Positions 8,618-17,494 of a stretch of 58,802 bases of DNA are shown in pieces (within the stretch, counting starts at the first letter, position 1; every line of letters begins with the position of its first letter). Source of the DNA: Candidatus Campbellbacteria bacterium (lineage in GTDB: Bacteria; Patescibacteriota; Minisyncoccia; Phycocordibacterales; EsbW-18); contig BTUR01000005.1 in assembly GCA_045863475.1 (NCBI GenBank), positions 1 to 58,802 on the forward strand, written 5' to 3'. Both the position numbers and the translations under genes were made by a program. Under the pieces are notes generated by a model that worked only from the letters and a program-made list of their open reading frames with translations, searched no databases and was not told where the DNA came from.

Positions 8618-9667
8618 ATGCAACACACTATTTTTATTACCGGAGCGGCAGGATACGTCGGCGCGATGCTTGTGCGGAAATTTGCCGCGCGACAGGAAGT
8701 CGTGCGCATCATCGGTCTGGATAAAGAAAAACGTCCGGAGCTCCTCAGCAACATCGACAAATTGGTGTGGATAGAGAAGAACACATCCGACGACTGGGAA
8801 GGGGAGGTTGCGGCGTACAATCCGGATATTGTCATCCATGCGGCGTGGCAGATTCGCGAGATGTATGGGCAAAAAGAATTGCAGTGGAAATGGAACGTTA
8901 CCGGTTCGGAAAAAGTGTTTGATTTTGCTTTCACAACACCGAGCGTCAAGAGATTGGTACATTTCTCTACAGTCGCGTCGTACGCGGCGTATCCGGACAA
9001 CACTATTGAGCATCGGTTTACCGAAGACGAACCGTTTCGCAAAACCGATTATCTTTACGCGGAAGAAAAACGCATCGTTGAAGAGCGACTGCGCGAGCGG
9101 TATGAGCAGGCGAAGAAAAAAGGGACAGTGCCGCTTGTCCGCGTCGTTCGTCCCGCAGCCATCACCGGTCCGCGCGGTCGATACATGCGCGTGCGTTTCG
9201 GACTACAGGCAGCACTTTCAGGACAACTCAAAGAGAATTTTATTCACCGGCTCATCAGCGCGATGGTTTCATTTGTTCCGGTGACGAAAAAATGGTGCAG
9301 GCAGTTCATACACGAAGACGATGTCGTTGCTATCGTTGAGGAACTCTCGTTCGGTAGTCTGCAAAACGAATACGAGATATTCAATATTTGCCCGCCAGGC
9401 GATGTCGTCACAGGCAAGGATATGGCAAAGGCGGTCGGGAAGCGCGCGCTTCCGATACACCCGCTTTTGATACGTGTTGTGTTTTTCATCATGTGGCACC
9501 TCTCGCGCGGGCGGGTTCCGACGTCGCGCGGCGGCTGGAAATCATACTCGTACCCAATTGCGGTGGATGGTTCAAAAATTACGCGTCTGTGCGGTTTTCA
9601 GTACTCCATGTCCTCAAAGGACGCGTTTGTGAAACGTGAAGGGGAGTACATGGCATACGTGCGGTAG
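8618..9667 (+). CDS. NAD-dependent epimerase/dehydratase (extended SDR)
   Basis: TGAAGYVG, IHAA and YAEEK (YxxxK) motifs. Confidence 0.88.
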   Translation: MQHTIFITGAAGYVGAMLVRKFAARQEVVRIIGLDKEKRPELLSNIDKLVWIEKNTSDDWEGEVAAYNPDIVIHAAWQIREMYGQKELQWKWNVTGSEKVFDFAFTTPSVKRLVHFSTVASYAAYPDNTIEHRFTEDEPFRKTDYLYAEEKRIVEERLRERYEQAKKKGTVPLVRVVRPAAITGPRGRYMRVRFGLQAALSGQLKENFIHRLISAMVSFVPVTKKWCRQFIHEDDVVAIVEELSFGSLQNEYEIFNICPPGDVVTGKDMAKAVGKRALPIHPLLIRVVFFIMWHLSRGRVPTSRGGWKSYSYPIAVDGSKITRLCGFQYSMSSKDAFVKREGEYMAYVR

Positions 9668-9684
9668 AAGCCCGGACCTCTTAC

Positions 9685-9712
9685 TTGCAAAAGTCTGTTT
9701 CTATTGTATAAT
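9685..9712 (+). promoter_or_regulatory. Sigma70-like promoter of an orphan gene
   Basis: TTGCAA-N16-TATAAT. Confidence 0.55.
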
Positions 9713-9761
9713 AGAAGTAGGTAAACTGAAGGTAACCCCACAACTCACCAAGGAGGGAAAC

Positions 9762-10034
9762 GTGGGTAAATACCACGAGGATAGGGAGAGGGAGGACCGC
9801 GAGAAGATACACGCCATAGCCCTCTGTTTTCTCACGAAGATGGCTGTGGAAGAAGCGCGGCCTGAGGACACCAAGGACACGCAGGGGTTGTCCGGGAGGA
9901 CGAAATCCTTCTCCGGACTTCGTCTCGGTCCTGAGCTGACCGAAGAAGAGGTGGCCAGGCTTCCGGGGGACGTGAAGGAGCTCATCTCAGCCTTCAGTGG
10001 CCCGGTGAGGTGTTACCGGGTGAAGGTGAAGTAA
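9762..10034 (+). CDS. Hypothetical protein (orphan cassette)
   Basis: AGGAGG SD before a GTG start, with its own promoter and a downstream hairpin plus T-run. Confidence 0.6.
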   Translation: MGKYHEDREREDREKIHAIALCFLTKMAVEEARPEDTKDTQGLSGRTKSFSGLRLGPELTEEEVARLPGDVKELISAFSGPVRCYRVKVK

Positions 10035-10100
10035 GGCTGCCTTCGAATGAGATGGCGCCGCGGCTTGGTTCGCGGCGCCTTTTGTTTTCCATCAAAATAC

Positions 10101-10128
10101 TTGATTTTTTTGTTTACAGTGTTATAAT
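10101..10128 (+). promoter_or_regulatory. Sigma70-like promoter with extended -10
   Basis: TTGATT-N16-TATAAT, preceded by TGn. Confidence 0.6.
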
Positions 10129-10177
10129 ACTGGTCAGATGTAGCATCAGGATAACCTACACGAGACAGGAGGATTCG

Positions 10178-10729
10178 ATGCCGGAAGAGACGGTCATCAT
10201 CAACCGCATGGCGGTGCTCGACTTCGTCCTCGGCCCCACGAGGGAGAAGACACCCCCACCGGCGACGGTCGTGGTCGAGGAGACGCAGGAGGAACCTGCG
10301 GAAGAGCAGACGGAGGTGAGACTTCATCCGTACTTCGTCGGCGGTCTCACCATCTCCACTCCTCCGGGAGCGAGGGACATCAAACTCGCAACCGTGGAGG
10401 TGCACGAGAAGACGGACGAGGACATGCGACGTGAGTTCGAAGAGCACGAGTGGCGAGAAGAACAGAAGCGCTCAAACGTCTTCCGTGTCTTTCCGTCCAC
10501 TCCGCCGGACCTCGGAAGGTCACACGGGAGTGTCAAGCAGTGGCTCCAGAGGAAGGGCGTGTCCGCCAGAACCTGTCGGCGAATGTACATGCCGGAGATG
10601 ATTCTGGAACTCCGAAGCATCGGGGTCAGCCTCACGGAAGGGGAAGCCAACAAGCACCTTCGAGATCTCGAGGATGAGGAGCACCGCGAGCGCGCCCGGA
10701 AGATCGCACTCGCTCACTCCGGATGCTGA
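10178..10729 (+). CDS. Hypothetical acidic protein (orphan cassette)
   Basis: AGGAGG SD 6 nt before the ATG; terminator-like hairpin at ~10750-10790. Confidence 0.65.
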   Translation: MPEETVIINRMAVLDFVLGPTREKTPPPATVVVEETQEEPAEEQTEVRLHPYFVGGLTISTPPGARDIKLATVEVHEKTDEDMRREFEEHEWREEQKRSNVFRVFPSTPPDLGRSHGSVKQWLQRKGVSARTCRRMYMPEMILELRSIGVSLTEGEANKHLRDLEDEEHRERARKIALAHSGC

Positions 10730-10813
10730 CCGGAATTCGTTCCGGCCGAGGACCTACCCAAGCAACACGGGTAGGTCCTTTTTCTTTTTCATGAAAAAGG
10801 TGTATACTCGCCC

Positions 10814-12157
10814 GTGTTTATGCAGCATCGAATTCTCGCAGTACTTATTTTACTTTCCGCCGTCGGCATCGGTTTTTTCATCTATGGAAGCGAGCAGAAT
10901 CCTGCGTCGCAGTACAAATTCAAAAAGGGCCTCGACCTTGCCGGTGGAACGCTTCTGACGTATCGAGCCGACATTACCGACATCCCGTCGGAGGAAGTGG
11001 ATGATTCCATGCGCACGCTTCGCGATGTGATTGAACGCCGCGTTAACGCGGGTGACGTTTCAGGTGCACTCGGCGTTTTGGAACCCGTCATTCAGGAAGA
11101 AACGGTTGACCTCGGTGAAACAAAAGAGCGACGCGTTACCGTCGAGCTTCCCGGTGTTACCGACTTGGACGAAGCAACCGCATACCTCCAGAAAACTCCG
11201 GTGCTTGAATTCAAATTGCTGGCAAACGGCGATGAACTCATCGCTACCGGCACGGGTACACCCGCGTACACTGACACCGGACTTACTGGTCGCTACTTGG
11301 TGAAGGCACAGTTGCAGTGGAGCGGCGGCAATGGCGCCGGACTCGTACAGAAACCGATTGTCGCACTCACCTTCAATGACGAAGGAGCTAACCTCTTCGC
11401 GCAAATCACACGCGAACACACCGGCGAAATTCTGGCGATTTTCTTGGACGGGCAGGTGATTTCAGCACCGGTCATCCAAACCGAAATTACAGGCGGCCAA
11501 GCAATCATCACCGGCATCGGCAGTGCGGAAGAAGGACGCGAGTTGGCGAATAATCTCAAGTTCGGTGCGCTTCCGGTTCCTATTGAGCTTATTGGTGCAG
11601 AAACCATCGGTGCCTCTTTGGGTTCTGACATTGTCGCCTCCGGCGTGAAAGCGGGACTCGGCGGTCTCGTCATCATCGCGGTGTTTATGATTCTCTGGTA
11701 CCGTCTACCGGGAGTTATCGCAACACTCTCGCTTATGGTCTACGCGGTGTTGGTACTCGCACTCTTTAAACTTATTCCCGTGACACTGACCGCTGCAGGT
11801 ATCGCCGGTTTCATTTTGTCAGTCGGTATGGCAGTGGATGCGAACATTTTGGTGTTTGAGCGTATGAAAGAGGAACTGCGTTCAGGGAAGGGGGTAAACG
11901 ACGCGATTAAAGAAGGATTCTCCCGTGCATGGCTCTCCATTCGCGACGGCAACCTGACCTCTATTCTTGCCGCGCTCATTCTTTTCTACATGACGAGTAG
12001 TTTGGTTCGCGGATTTGCGCTCACGCTTATTTTAGGTGTTGTTGTTTCAATGTTCTCGGCAATTATTGTCACGAAAGTGTTCATGTACGCGATTGCTCCC
12101 AAGGTTATGACGCCGGTGTCTCGATTCTTATTCGGCTCAGGGTTCTCAAGAAACTAA
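10814..12157 (+). CDS. secD: Protein translocase subunit SecD
   Basis: GLDLAGG, IERRVN, GALPVP, GMAVDANILVFERMKEE and IRDGN motifs. Confidence 0.96.
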   Translation: MFMQHRILAVLILLSAVGIGFFIYGSEQNPASQYKFKKGLDLAGGTLLTYRADITDIPSEEVDDSMRTLRDVIERRVNAGDVSGALGVLEPVIQEETVDLGETKERRVTVELPGVTDLDEATAYLQKTPVLEFKLLANGDELIATGTGTPAYTDTGLTGRYLVKAQLQWSGGNGAGLVQKPIVALTFNDEGANLFAQITREHTGEILAIFLDGQVISAPVIQTEITGGQAIITGIGSAEEGRELANNLKFGALPVPIELIGAETIGASLGSDIVASGVKAGLGGLVIIAVFMILWYRLPGVIATLSLMVYAVLVLALFKLIPVTLTAAGIAGFILSVGMAVDANILVFERMKEELRSGKGVNDAIKEGFSRAWLSIRDGNLTSILAALILFYMTSSLVRGFALTLILGVVVSMFSAIIVTKVFMYAIAPKVMTPVSRFLFGSGFSRN

Positions 12158-12163
12158 ACGCAC

Positions 12164-13081
12164 ATGTTTGTCATTACGCATAAAAAAATATTCTTCGCCA
12201 TTTCAGCCGCGCTTGTCATGCTTTCGATTGCCGCGATTGCCGTGTGGGGACTGCGCTTCGGCGTTGATTTCTCGGGTGGTTCTTCGGTTACCGTTTCGTA
12301 CGACGGCGTAACACCAGAAACAGCCGTTGTTGCCGCGTCGCTTGAGAAGGCAGGATTTGAAGGATCAGTTGTGCGTGAGTCAGGTGAGCAGGGTATCAAC
12401 ATCCGCACGAAGACACTCTCAGAAGGTGACCGCACGAAATTGCTTGAAGCGCTTGCCACTGAAGGTTCGGGGACACCTGCGATTGAGCGCCTCTCGTCAG
12501 TTGGTCCGTCGGTGGGGCAGGAGCTGCGCCGCAAGACCGTGTGGGCAATCATCCTCGTGCTTCTCATGATTATCATGTATCTCGCGTTTACATTCCGAAA
12601 AGTATCGGAGCCGGTGTCGTCGTGGATATACGGACTTGTCGCAATCGCCACCTTGGCGCACGACGTCATCATTCCCGCGGGTGTTGTTGCGGTTCTGGGC
12701 CGGTTTGCCGGACTTGAAGCGGACACACTCTTCGTCGTCGCGCTGCTCACCATTCTTGGTGTATCGGTCAACGACACGATTGTTGTGTTTGACCGCATTC
12801 GCGAAAACTTGCACCTCAAAGAAGAGCGCCACACGAAAGAGACGTTTGCACAAACCGTCGGCGAGAGCTTACAGCAGACCTATGTTCGCTCGTTTAACAC
12901 GTCGTTTACCATCGTACTCGTACTCCTCGTGTTGTTCTTCCTCGGCGGTCCGACCATTCACAGTTTTATTCTCACACTCCTCGTGGGACAAATCGCCGGA
13001 ACGTACTCATCCATCTTCCTGGCAAGCCCACTTTTGGTGGTGATAGGAGAGCGAAAGCTTAATAAAGTACCTGCAAAATAA
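12164..13081 (+). CDS. secF: Protein translocase subunit SecF
   Basis: GVDFSGG, VGPSVG.EL, SVNDTIVVFDRIRE and GTYSSIFLA motifs. Confidence 0.96.
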   Translation: MFVITHKKIFFAISAALVMLSIAAIAVWGLRFGVDFSGGSSVTVSYDGVTPETAVVAASLEKAGFEGSVVRESGEQGINIRTKTLSEGDRTKLLEALATEGSGTPAIERLSSVGPSVGQELRRKTVWAIILVLLMIIMYLAFTFRKVSEPVSSWIYGLVAIATLAHDVIIPAGVVAVLGRFAGLEADTLFVVALLTILGVSVNDTIVVFDRIRENLHLKEERHTKETFAQTVGESLQQTYVRSFNTSFTIVLVLLVLFFLGGPTIHSFILTLLVGQIAGTYSSIFLASPLLVVIGERKLNKVPAK

Positions 13082-13172
13082 GCCCGGGCGCTGATTGACA
13101 CATCGGCGCGCCGAGGGTAATATAGAGACCGTAACAACAGCCCCCGGAAGGGGTTTTTAAGTACCAAAAAAT

Positions 13173-13355
13173 ATGAGCCGCTTCATCCAATACCTCAAAG
13201 ACACGCAGACGGAGCTTAAGCACGTATCGTGGCCGACGCGCCGTCAGGCAGCGATTTTCACCGTTATCGTCGTTGTTATCTCCATTGCAACCGCCGCATA
13301 CCTCGGTGCCTTGGACTGGGCGTTCACATGGGTCGTTGAGAGCTTCGTTCTCTAA
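13173..13355 (+). CDS. secE: Preprotein translocase subunit SecE
   Basis: ELKHVSWPT plus one TM helix; lies upstream of nusG. Confidence 0.93.
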   Translation: MSRFIQYLKDTQTELKHVSWPTRRQAAIFTVIVVVISIATAAYLGALDWAFTWVVESFVL

Positions 13356-13366
13356 TCGTTCAATCT

Positions 13367-13915
13367 ATGTCAGTACAAAAACAACAGGATCAGGGTCGGC
13401 ACTGGTACGCCATTCACACTTACGCCGGCTACGAAGACGCGGTCGTGCGCAACCTCAAACAACGCGTGGAGTCCTTGGGCATGGAGGACAAGATTTTCAA
13501 CGTGCTTATTCCGACTGAGAAAAAAATCAAAGTGAAGCGCGGCAAACGCGTCGAGGAAGAAGAGAAGATCTATCCGGGGTACGTGCTCGTGGACATGATT
13601 GTGACCGACGACTCATGGTACGTCGTGCGCAACACCCCGCGCGTGACCGGTTTCGTCGGTTCAGGTATTCAGCCGGTGCCGCTGCGCCAGGATGAAATTG
13701 ACGAGCTGTTCGGCCGCATGCAATCGGATATTCCGATGCACGCAATTGATTTTGAACTTGAAGACCGCGTGACCATCGTTGACGGACCGTTTAAGGAATT
13801 TGAAGGACGCGTGTCTGAGGTTGACCGCCAGCGGGGCAAGGTGAAAATCTTGGTGTCCATGTTCGGACGCGAAACCCCTGTGGAGCTGGACTTCCTGCAG
13901 GTAAGGAAAATGTAG
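13367..13915 (+). CDS. nusG: Transcription factor NusG
   Basis: WYAIHTYAGYE, YPGYVLV and KOW DGPF..F.G motifs; MFGRETPVEL. Confidence 0.97.
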   Translation: MSVQKQQDQGRHWYAIHTYAGYEDAVVRNLKQRVESLGMEDKIFNVLIPTEKKIKVKRGKRVEEEEKIYPGYVLVDMIVTDDSWYVVRNTPRVTGFVGSGIQPVPLRQDEIDELFGRMQSDIPMHAIDFELEDRVTIVDGPFKEFEGRVSEVDRQRGKVKILVSMFGRETPVELDFLQVRKM

Positions 13916-14006
13916 CGGTATTGAAAAAATGCCGAAAAAGGGGTAGTATTCTCCCGTTACGCTTTTATCTGAGGTTCGCGCTTCTCGAACCGACGACCAC
14001 ACAATC

Positions 14007-14426
14007 ATGGCCAAAAAAGTACTTAAAACATTGAAATTGCAGATTCCCGGAGGCGCGGCAACGCCCGCACCGCCATTGGGTGCAACACTCGGTCAAGCCG
14101 GTGTGAACATCGGTGACTTCGTGAACAAATTCAACACGGCAACTGCGGATTCGCGCGGCGAAACGGTTTCGGTGCTGCTCACGGTTTTTGAAGACCGCAG
14201 CTACGACTTCGTACTCAAGAGCCCGCCAGCATCCTCACTGCTCGCAAAAGCGGCAGGTGTTCCGAAAGGTTCGGGCAACCCGCTCAAACCAGTCGGCAAG
14301 GTGACCAAAGCGCAGGTTCGCGAGATTGCGGAGCGCAAGATGGCAGACCTCAACGCGCACGACATCGAAGCGGCAATGAAAATCATCGAAGGAAGTGCTC
14401 GCTCAATGGGAATTGAAGTGAAATAA
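14007..14426 (+). CDS. rplK: 50S ribosomal protein L11
   Basis: [16 protein letters not shown] and [10 protein letters not shown] motifs. Confidence 0.97.
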   Translation: MAKKVLKTLKLQIPGGAATPAPPLGATLGQAGVNIGDFVNKFNTATADSRGETVSVLLTVFEDRSYDFVLKSPPASSLLAKAAGVPKGSGNPLKPVGKVTKAQVREIAERKMADLNAHDIEAAMKIIEGSARSMGIEVK

Positions 14427-14444
14427 TTACGACACAACTGTTTC

Positions 14445-14470
14445 AAAAAAGCGCCTAGCGGCGCTTTTTT
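14445..14470 (+). terminator. Intrinsic terminator after rplK
   Basis: AAAAAAGCGCC-TAGC-GGCGCTTTTTT. Confidence 0.8.
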
Positions 14471-14515
14471 GCTTGTGGTAGTGTTGCGCCAGATTATAAC
14501 GGAAAGGGAGGGGTC

Positions 14516-15148
14516 ATGAATCTTCCGAATCTCAAGAACATCGTTGGGAAGGGGTTTAATCTCGACGACCGCTTCATCGAGAACTATGACGTGCTCGCCC
14601 AGGTGGTGGAGCTACTCAAGAAGTTCGGCAACCGCATTGTGCTCACCCAGGGTGTGTACGACATGTATCATGTCGGACACGGGAGGTACTTGCGCCAGGC
14701 GAAGTCCTTCGGCGACGTACTCGTTGTGGGTGTCGACACCGATGAGCTCACACGTTCGCGCAAGGGACCGAAGCGTCCGTTCGACACGTTCAAGGAACGG
14801 GTTGAGGTGCTCGCGGACAACCGCGCGGTCAACATCATCACGCCGCGTGAACTGAACGACGATCCGAATCGTCTCATCGAGGTAGTCCGTCCCGACATAC
14901 TGATCGTTTCGAAGACAACCTCGGATTTCTCCGAGGAGAAGCTTGCTGAGTGTCGCGCACTGTGCGGAGAGATCAAGCTCCTCGAAGCGCAGGCGGCGAC
15001 ATCAACGACGGCGAAGTTGCGTCGTATCATGGCTGACGGTGTCCAGGAGTTCGCGAAGAAGATCCACACGCTCACCGAGTCGTTCCTCGAAGAGCTCGAG
15101 GGTGCCGTGCAGGTGAAGGATGACCTCGAGAAGGAGGAACCGAAATGA
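14516..15148 (+). CDS. Cytidylyltransferase-like HUP-fold nucleotidyltransferase (TagD/RfaE-II-like)
   Basis: QGVYDMYHVGH (HxGH), LVVGVDTD, KGPKRP, RPDIL and STT motifs. Confidence 0.85.
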   Translation: MNLPNLKNIVGKGFNLDDRFIENYDVLAQVVELLKKFGNRIVLTQGVYDMYHVGHGRYLRQAKSFGDVLVVGVDTDELTRSRKGPKRPFDTFKERVEVLADNRAVNIITPRELNDDPNRLIEVVRPDILIVSKTTSDFSEEKLAECRALCGEIKLLEAQAATSTTAKLRRIMADGVQEFAKKIHTLTESFLEELEGAVQVKDDLEKEEPK

Positions 15149-15978
15149 CACCCGCGCTCGTCGCGTACATTCCGGTTATCCATCAGGGATACCTGGAGTT
15201 GTTCGCGAAGTATCACGACAAGTTGTACGTGCTAGGGGATGATGTGCTTTCGCTGGTGCCGTACATCGCACGCGATATGCGTGCGTGCAAGCCAGAAACA
15301 ATCGTGCAGATGGCACAGAGTCTCGGGTTCTTCCGGGGTGTGCAGTTGGCTGGCACGGAAACCCTCAAGACGCTTGCCAAGGCCCGCGAGAAGGTCGTCA
15401 TGCCCGACGAAGACATCAGTCGGGAAGTAGCGGAGCATTTCTTCAAGGAAGGTCAGGTCGAGTTTGCACAGCTGTTTCTACGGTGGCATCAGAAGAACGT
15501 TGCGTCAGAACAGCGTCCGCAGAACGACCGGAGTATCACGAAGGAAGCGCTCCATCAGCACTTCATCCAGCTTGCCTACGGAGAAGCAGGGAAGAGTCCT
15601 GACTGGTGGCGGCAGGTTGGTGCGTGTGCGGTTCGCGAAGGCAGGGTTGTCCTTGCCGCATGCAACACGCACTTCCCGTCGCAACAGACGGCGTACATCA
15701 TCGGTGATCCGCGCACACCATTCTCTCCTGGAGAGCGCATCGACGTGTCACTTTCGGGACACGCGGAGCGTCTTCTCATTGGCGAGGCAGCTGCGCGCGG
15801 TATCCGTCTACGGGATTGCGACCTCTACGTGACGACGTTCCCGTGCCCGGGATGCGCAATCCAGGTTGCCGTTGCGGGTTTCCGGCGCATCTTCTACTGC
15901 GAAGGGTATTCGCTTGCGGGTGCCGACGAGATTCTCAGAGCCCGTGGCGTGGAACTCGTTCGCGTCGAGATGACCTAA
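15145..15978 (+). CDS. dCMP-deaminase-family Zn deaminase with an extra N-terminal domain
   Basis: SPDWWRQVGA, HAE and TTFPCPGC motifs. ATGA overlap with the upstream gene. Confidence 0.85.
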   Translation: MTPALVAYIPVIHQGYLELFAKYHDKLYVLGDDVLSLVPYIARDMRACKPETIVQMAQSLGFFRGVQLAGTETLKTLAKAREKVVMPDEDISREVAEHFFKEGQVEFAQLFLRWHQKNVASEQRPQNDRSITKEALHQHFIQLAYGEAGKSPDWWRQVGACAVREGRVVLAACNTHFPSQQTAYIIGDPRTPFSPGERIDVSLSGHAERLLIGEAAARGIRLRDCDLYVTTFPCPGCAIQVAVAGFRRIFYCEGYSLAGADEILRARGVELVRVEMT

Positions 15979-16047
15979 TCCGGTTCTTTTATGAAAATTG
16001 CCCCGACGCGCAGCTGCGTGTCGGGGCAAGATTTTTTTTCAGGAGAC

Positions 16048-16512
16048 CTACGAACGAGAACCGGCCCACATCGCAACTTGCATCGGTCTGCCGCTTGCGT
16101 CGTCCACCTTCGGGACGATGAGTTGCGCATGCAGGTGACGGACAGTTGCACCGGAGAGGGCGGGGTCGCCGAAACGCATGCTAAACATGCCGCCGTTTTC
16201 CGCGAAGTACACGTTCGTCCAGACGAGCAATGACCAGAGATCATGCCACTCTTCCTCGGTGATTTCGTAGAGGTGTTCTGCGTGTCGCTTCAAGATGACG
16301 AGCAGGTGTACGTCGGTGTTCTGATACGGCCACTGATTCTTCGTGAGAACCCACGAACCGTTTTCCTCCAGCACCGGTTCTTTATGGTATCGCTCCAGGT
16401 GCTCGGGACAGAACGGGCAGACACCGGCTTGAACGATACGATCCATGACAGTTCGTTGCTCGTCTTCCCGCGCGTGCGAGAGCTCGACGTACGTCTTCGG
16501 TTTCTCTTCCAT
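16048..16512 (-). CDS. HIT-family nucleotide hydrolase
   Basis: CPFC, NQWPY, HLLVI and SGATVRHLHAQ motifs. Confidence 0.85.
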   Translation of the reverse strand: MEEKPKTYVELSHAREDEQRTVMDRIVQAGVCPFCPEHLERYHKEPVLEENGSWVLTKNQWPYQNTDVHLLVILKRHAEHLYEITEEEWHDLWSLLVWTNVYFAENGGMFSMRFGDPALSGATVRHLHAQLIVPKVDDASGRPMQVAMWAGSRS

Positions 16513-16521
16513 GAGCTCTCC

Positions 16522-17394
16522 TCAGGTGGGTGTCGGAATCGTCATCGCCGGATGCGGATTGTACTCCGAGAGGGTGAAGTGTTCGGGACGGAAGTCGAAG
16601 ATGTCCTTCACGCTCGGATTCAGGCTGAGCTTCGGAAAGGGCATCGGCTTGCGTTCGAGGAGCTTCTCCACGCACGGAATCTGCTCCTCGTAGATGTGCG
16701 CGTCGGAAATGACGTGCACGAGCTCGTGCATCGTGTAGCCGATTACCTGTGCCACCATCATGCCGAACGCGGCGTATTGCGCGATGTTGAACACGACACC
16801 GACGGGAACATCCCCGCTACGCTGGTAATGAAAGATGTCGAGTTCTTTCGTCTCCGGGTACGCGTGGATGTGAATGTCACCGTGGCACGGTGCCACGACG
16901 ACACGCCGGGCATTCGCGGGTCCGGGGACCGCATACTGCGGAATCCAGTTGGTGATGCGCAGCGTCCGCAAGTGCGGATACTTCTTGAGAAGCTCGATGA
17001 CGTTGTGCACCTGGTTGACCGGCGGGCCCTCACTGGTCGGGAACCGTGTCCATGCGGCGCCGTACGAGCCGGGTCCGAGGTCACCCTCGGGAAGTCCGAA
17101 GATCTTGCACTGCTCCTTTGTCACCCAACGCTTCCACCATTTGCAGCCCCACGCAGAGAGTTGCTCGTGCGTCTGAGCACCGTGGAGAAACGCGATGTGC
17201 TCGGCGAGCGCTCCGCGTAGCATGTTGCCGGAGAGGTCGCGCTCGGTGATGAGCGGAAAGCCGTTTGAGAGCGGGTACCGGAGTGTTCTTCCGACGAGCT
17301 TGAGTGCGTAGCCACCCTGGATGGGGTGGACGCGTCGTCCTGTCGTCAGGATCCGTTCCAGCAGTTCGTGGTACTGCCAATCGGGAATTCTCAT
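16522..17394 (-). CDS. thyA: Thymidylate synthase family protein (divergent ThyA)
   Basis: GFPLIT, DLGP.SYG..W, catalytic PCH, YQRSGD...G..FN and DAHIY motifs. Confidence 0.88.
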   Translation of the reverse strand: MRIPDWQYHELLERILTTGRRVHPIQGGYALKLVGRTLRYPLSNGFPLITERDLSGNMLRGALAEHIAFLHGAQTHEQLSAWGCKWWKRWVTKEQCKIFGLPEGDLGPGSYGAAWTRFPTSEGPPVNQVHNVIELLKKYPHLRTLRITNWIPQYAVPGPANARRVVVAPCHGDIHIHAYPETKELDIFHYQRSGDVPVGVVFNIAQYAAFGMMVAQVIGYTMHELVHVISDAHIYEEQIPCVEKLLERKPMPFPKLSLNPSVKDIFDFRPEHFTLSEYNPHPAMTIPTPT

Positions 17395-17494
17395 TATATG
17401 TCTCCTGTAAATGTTCGGTCTGCGGCAATACTACGTGCGCAGGTGTGCTGAGTCAACCATGCGGAAAACGCACTTTTTGTTGTAGGATGTGGGT

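Noticed and set aside
16243-17220. 325-aa plus-strand ORF
   Set aside because: Antisense shadow of thyA and HIT, expected from their GC3-rich codon usage.
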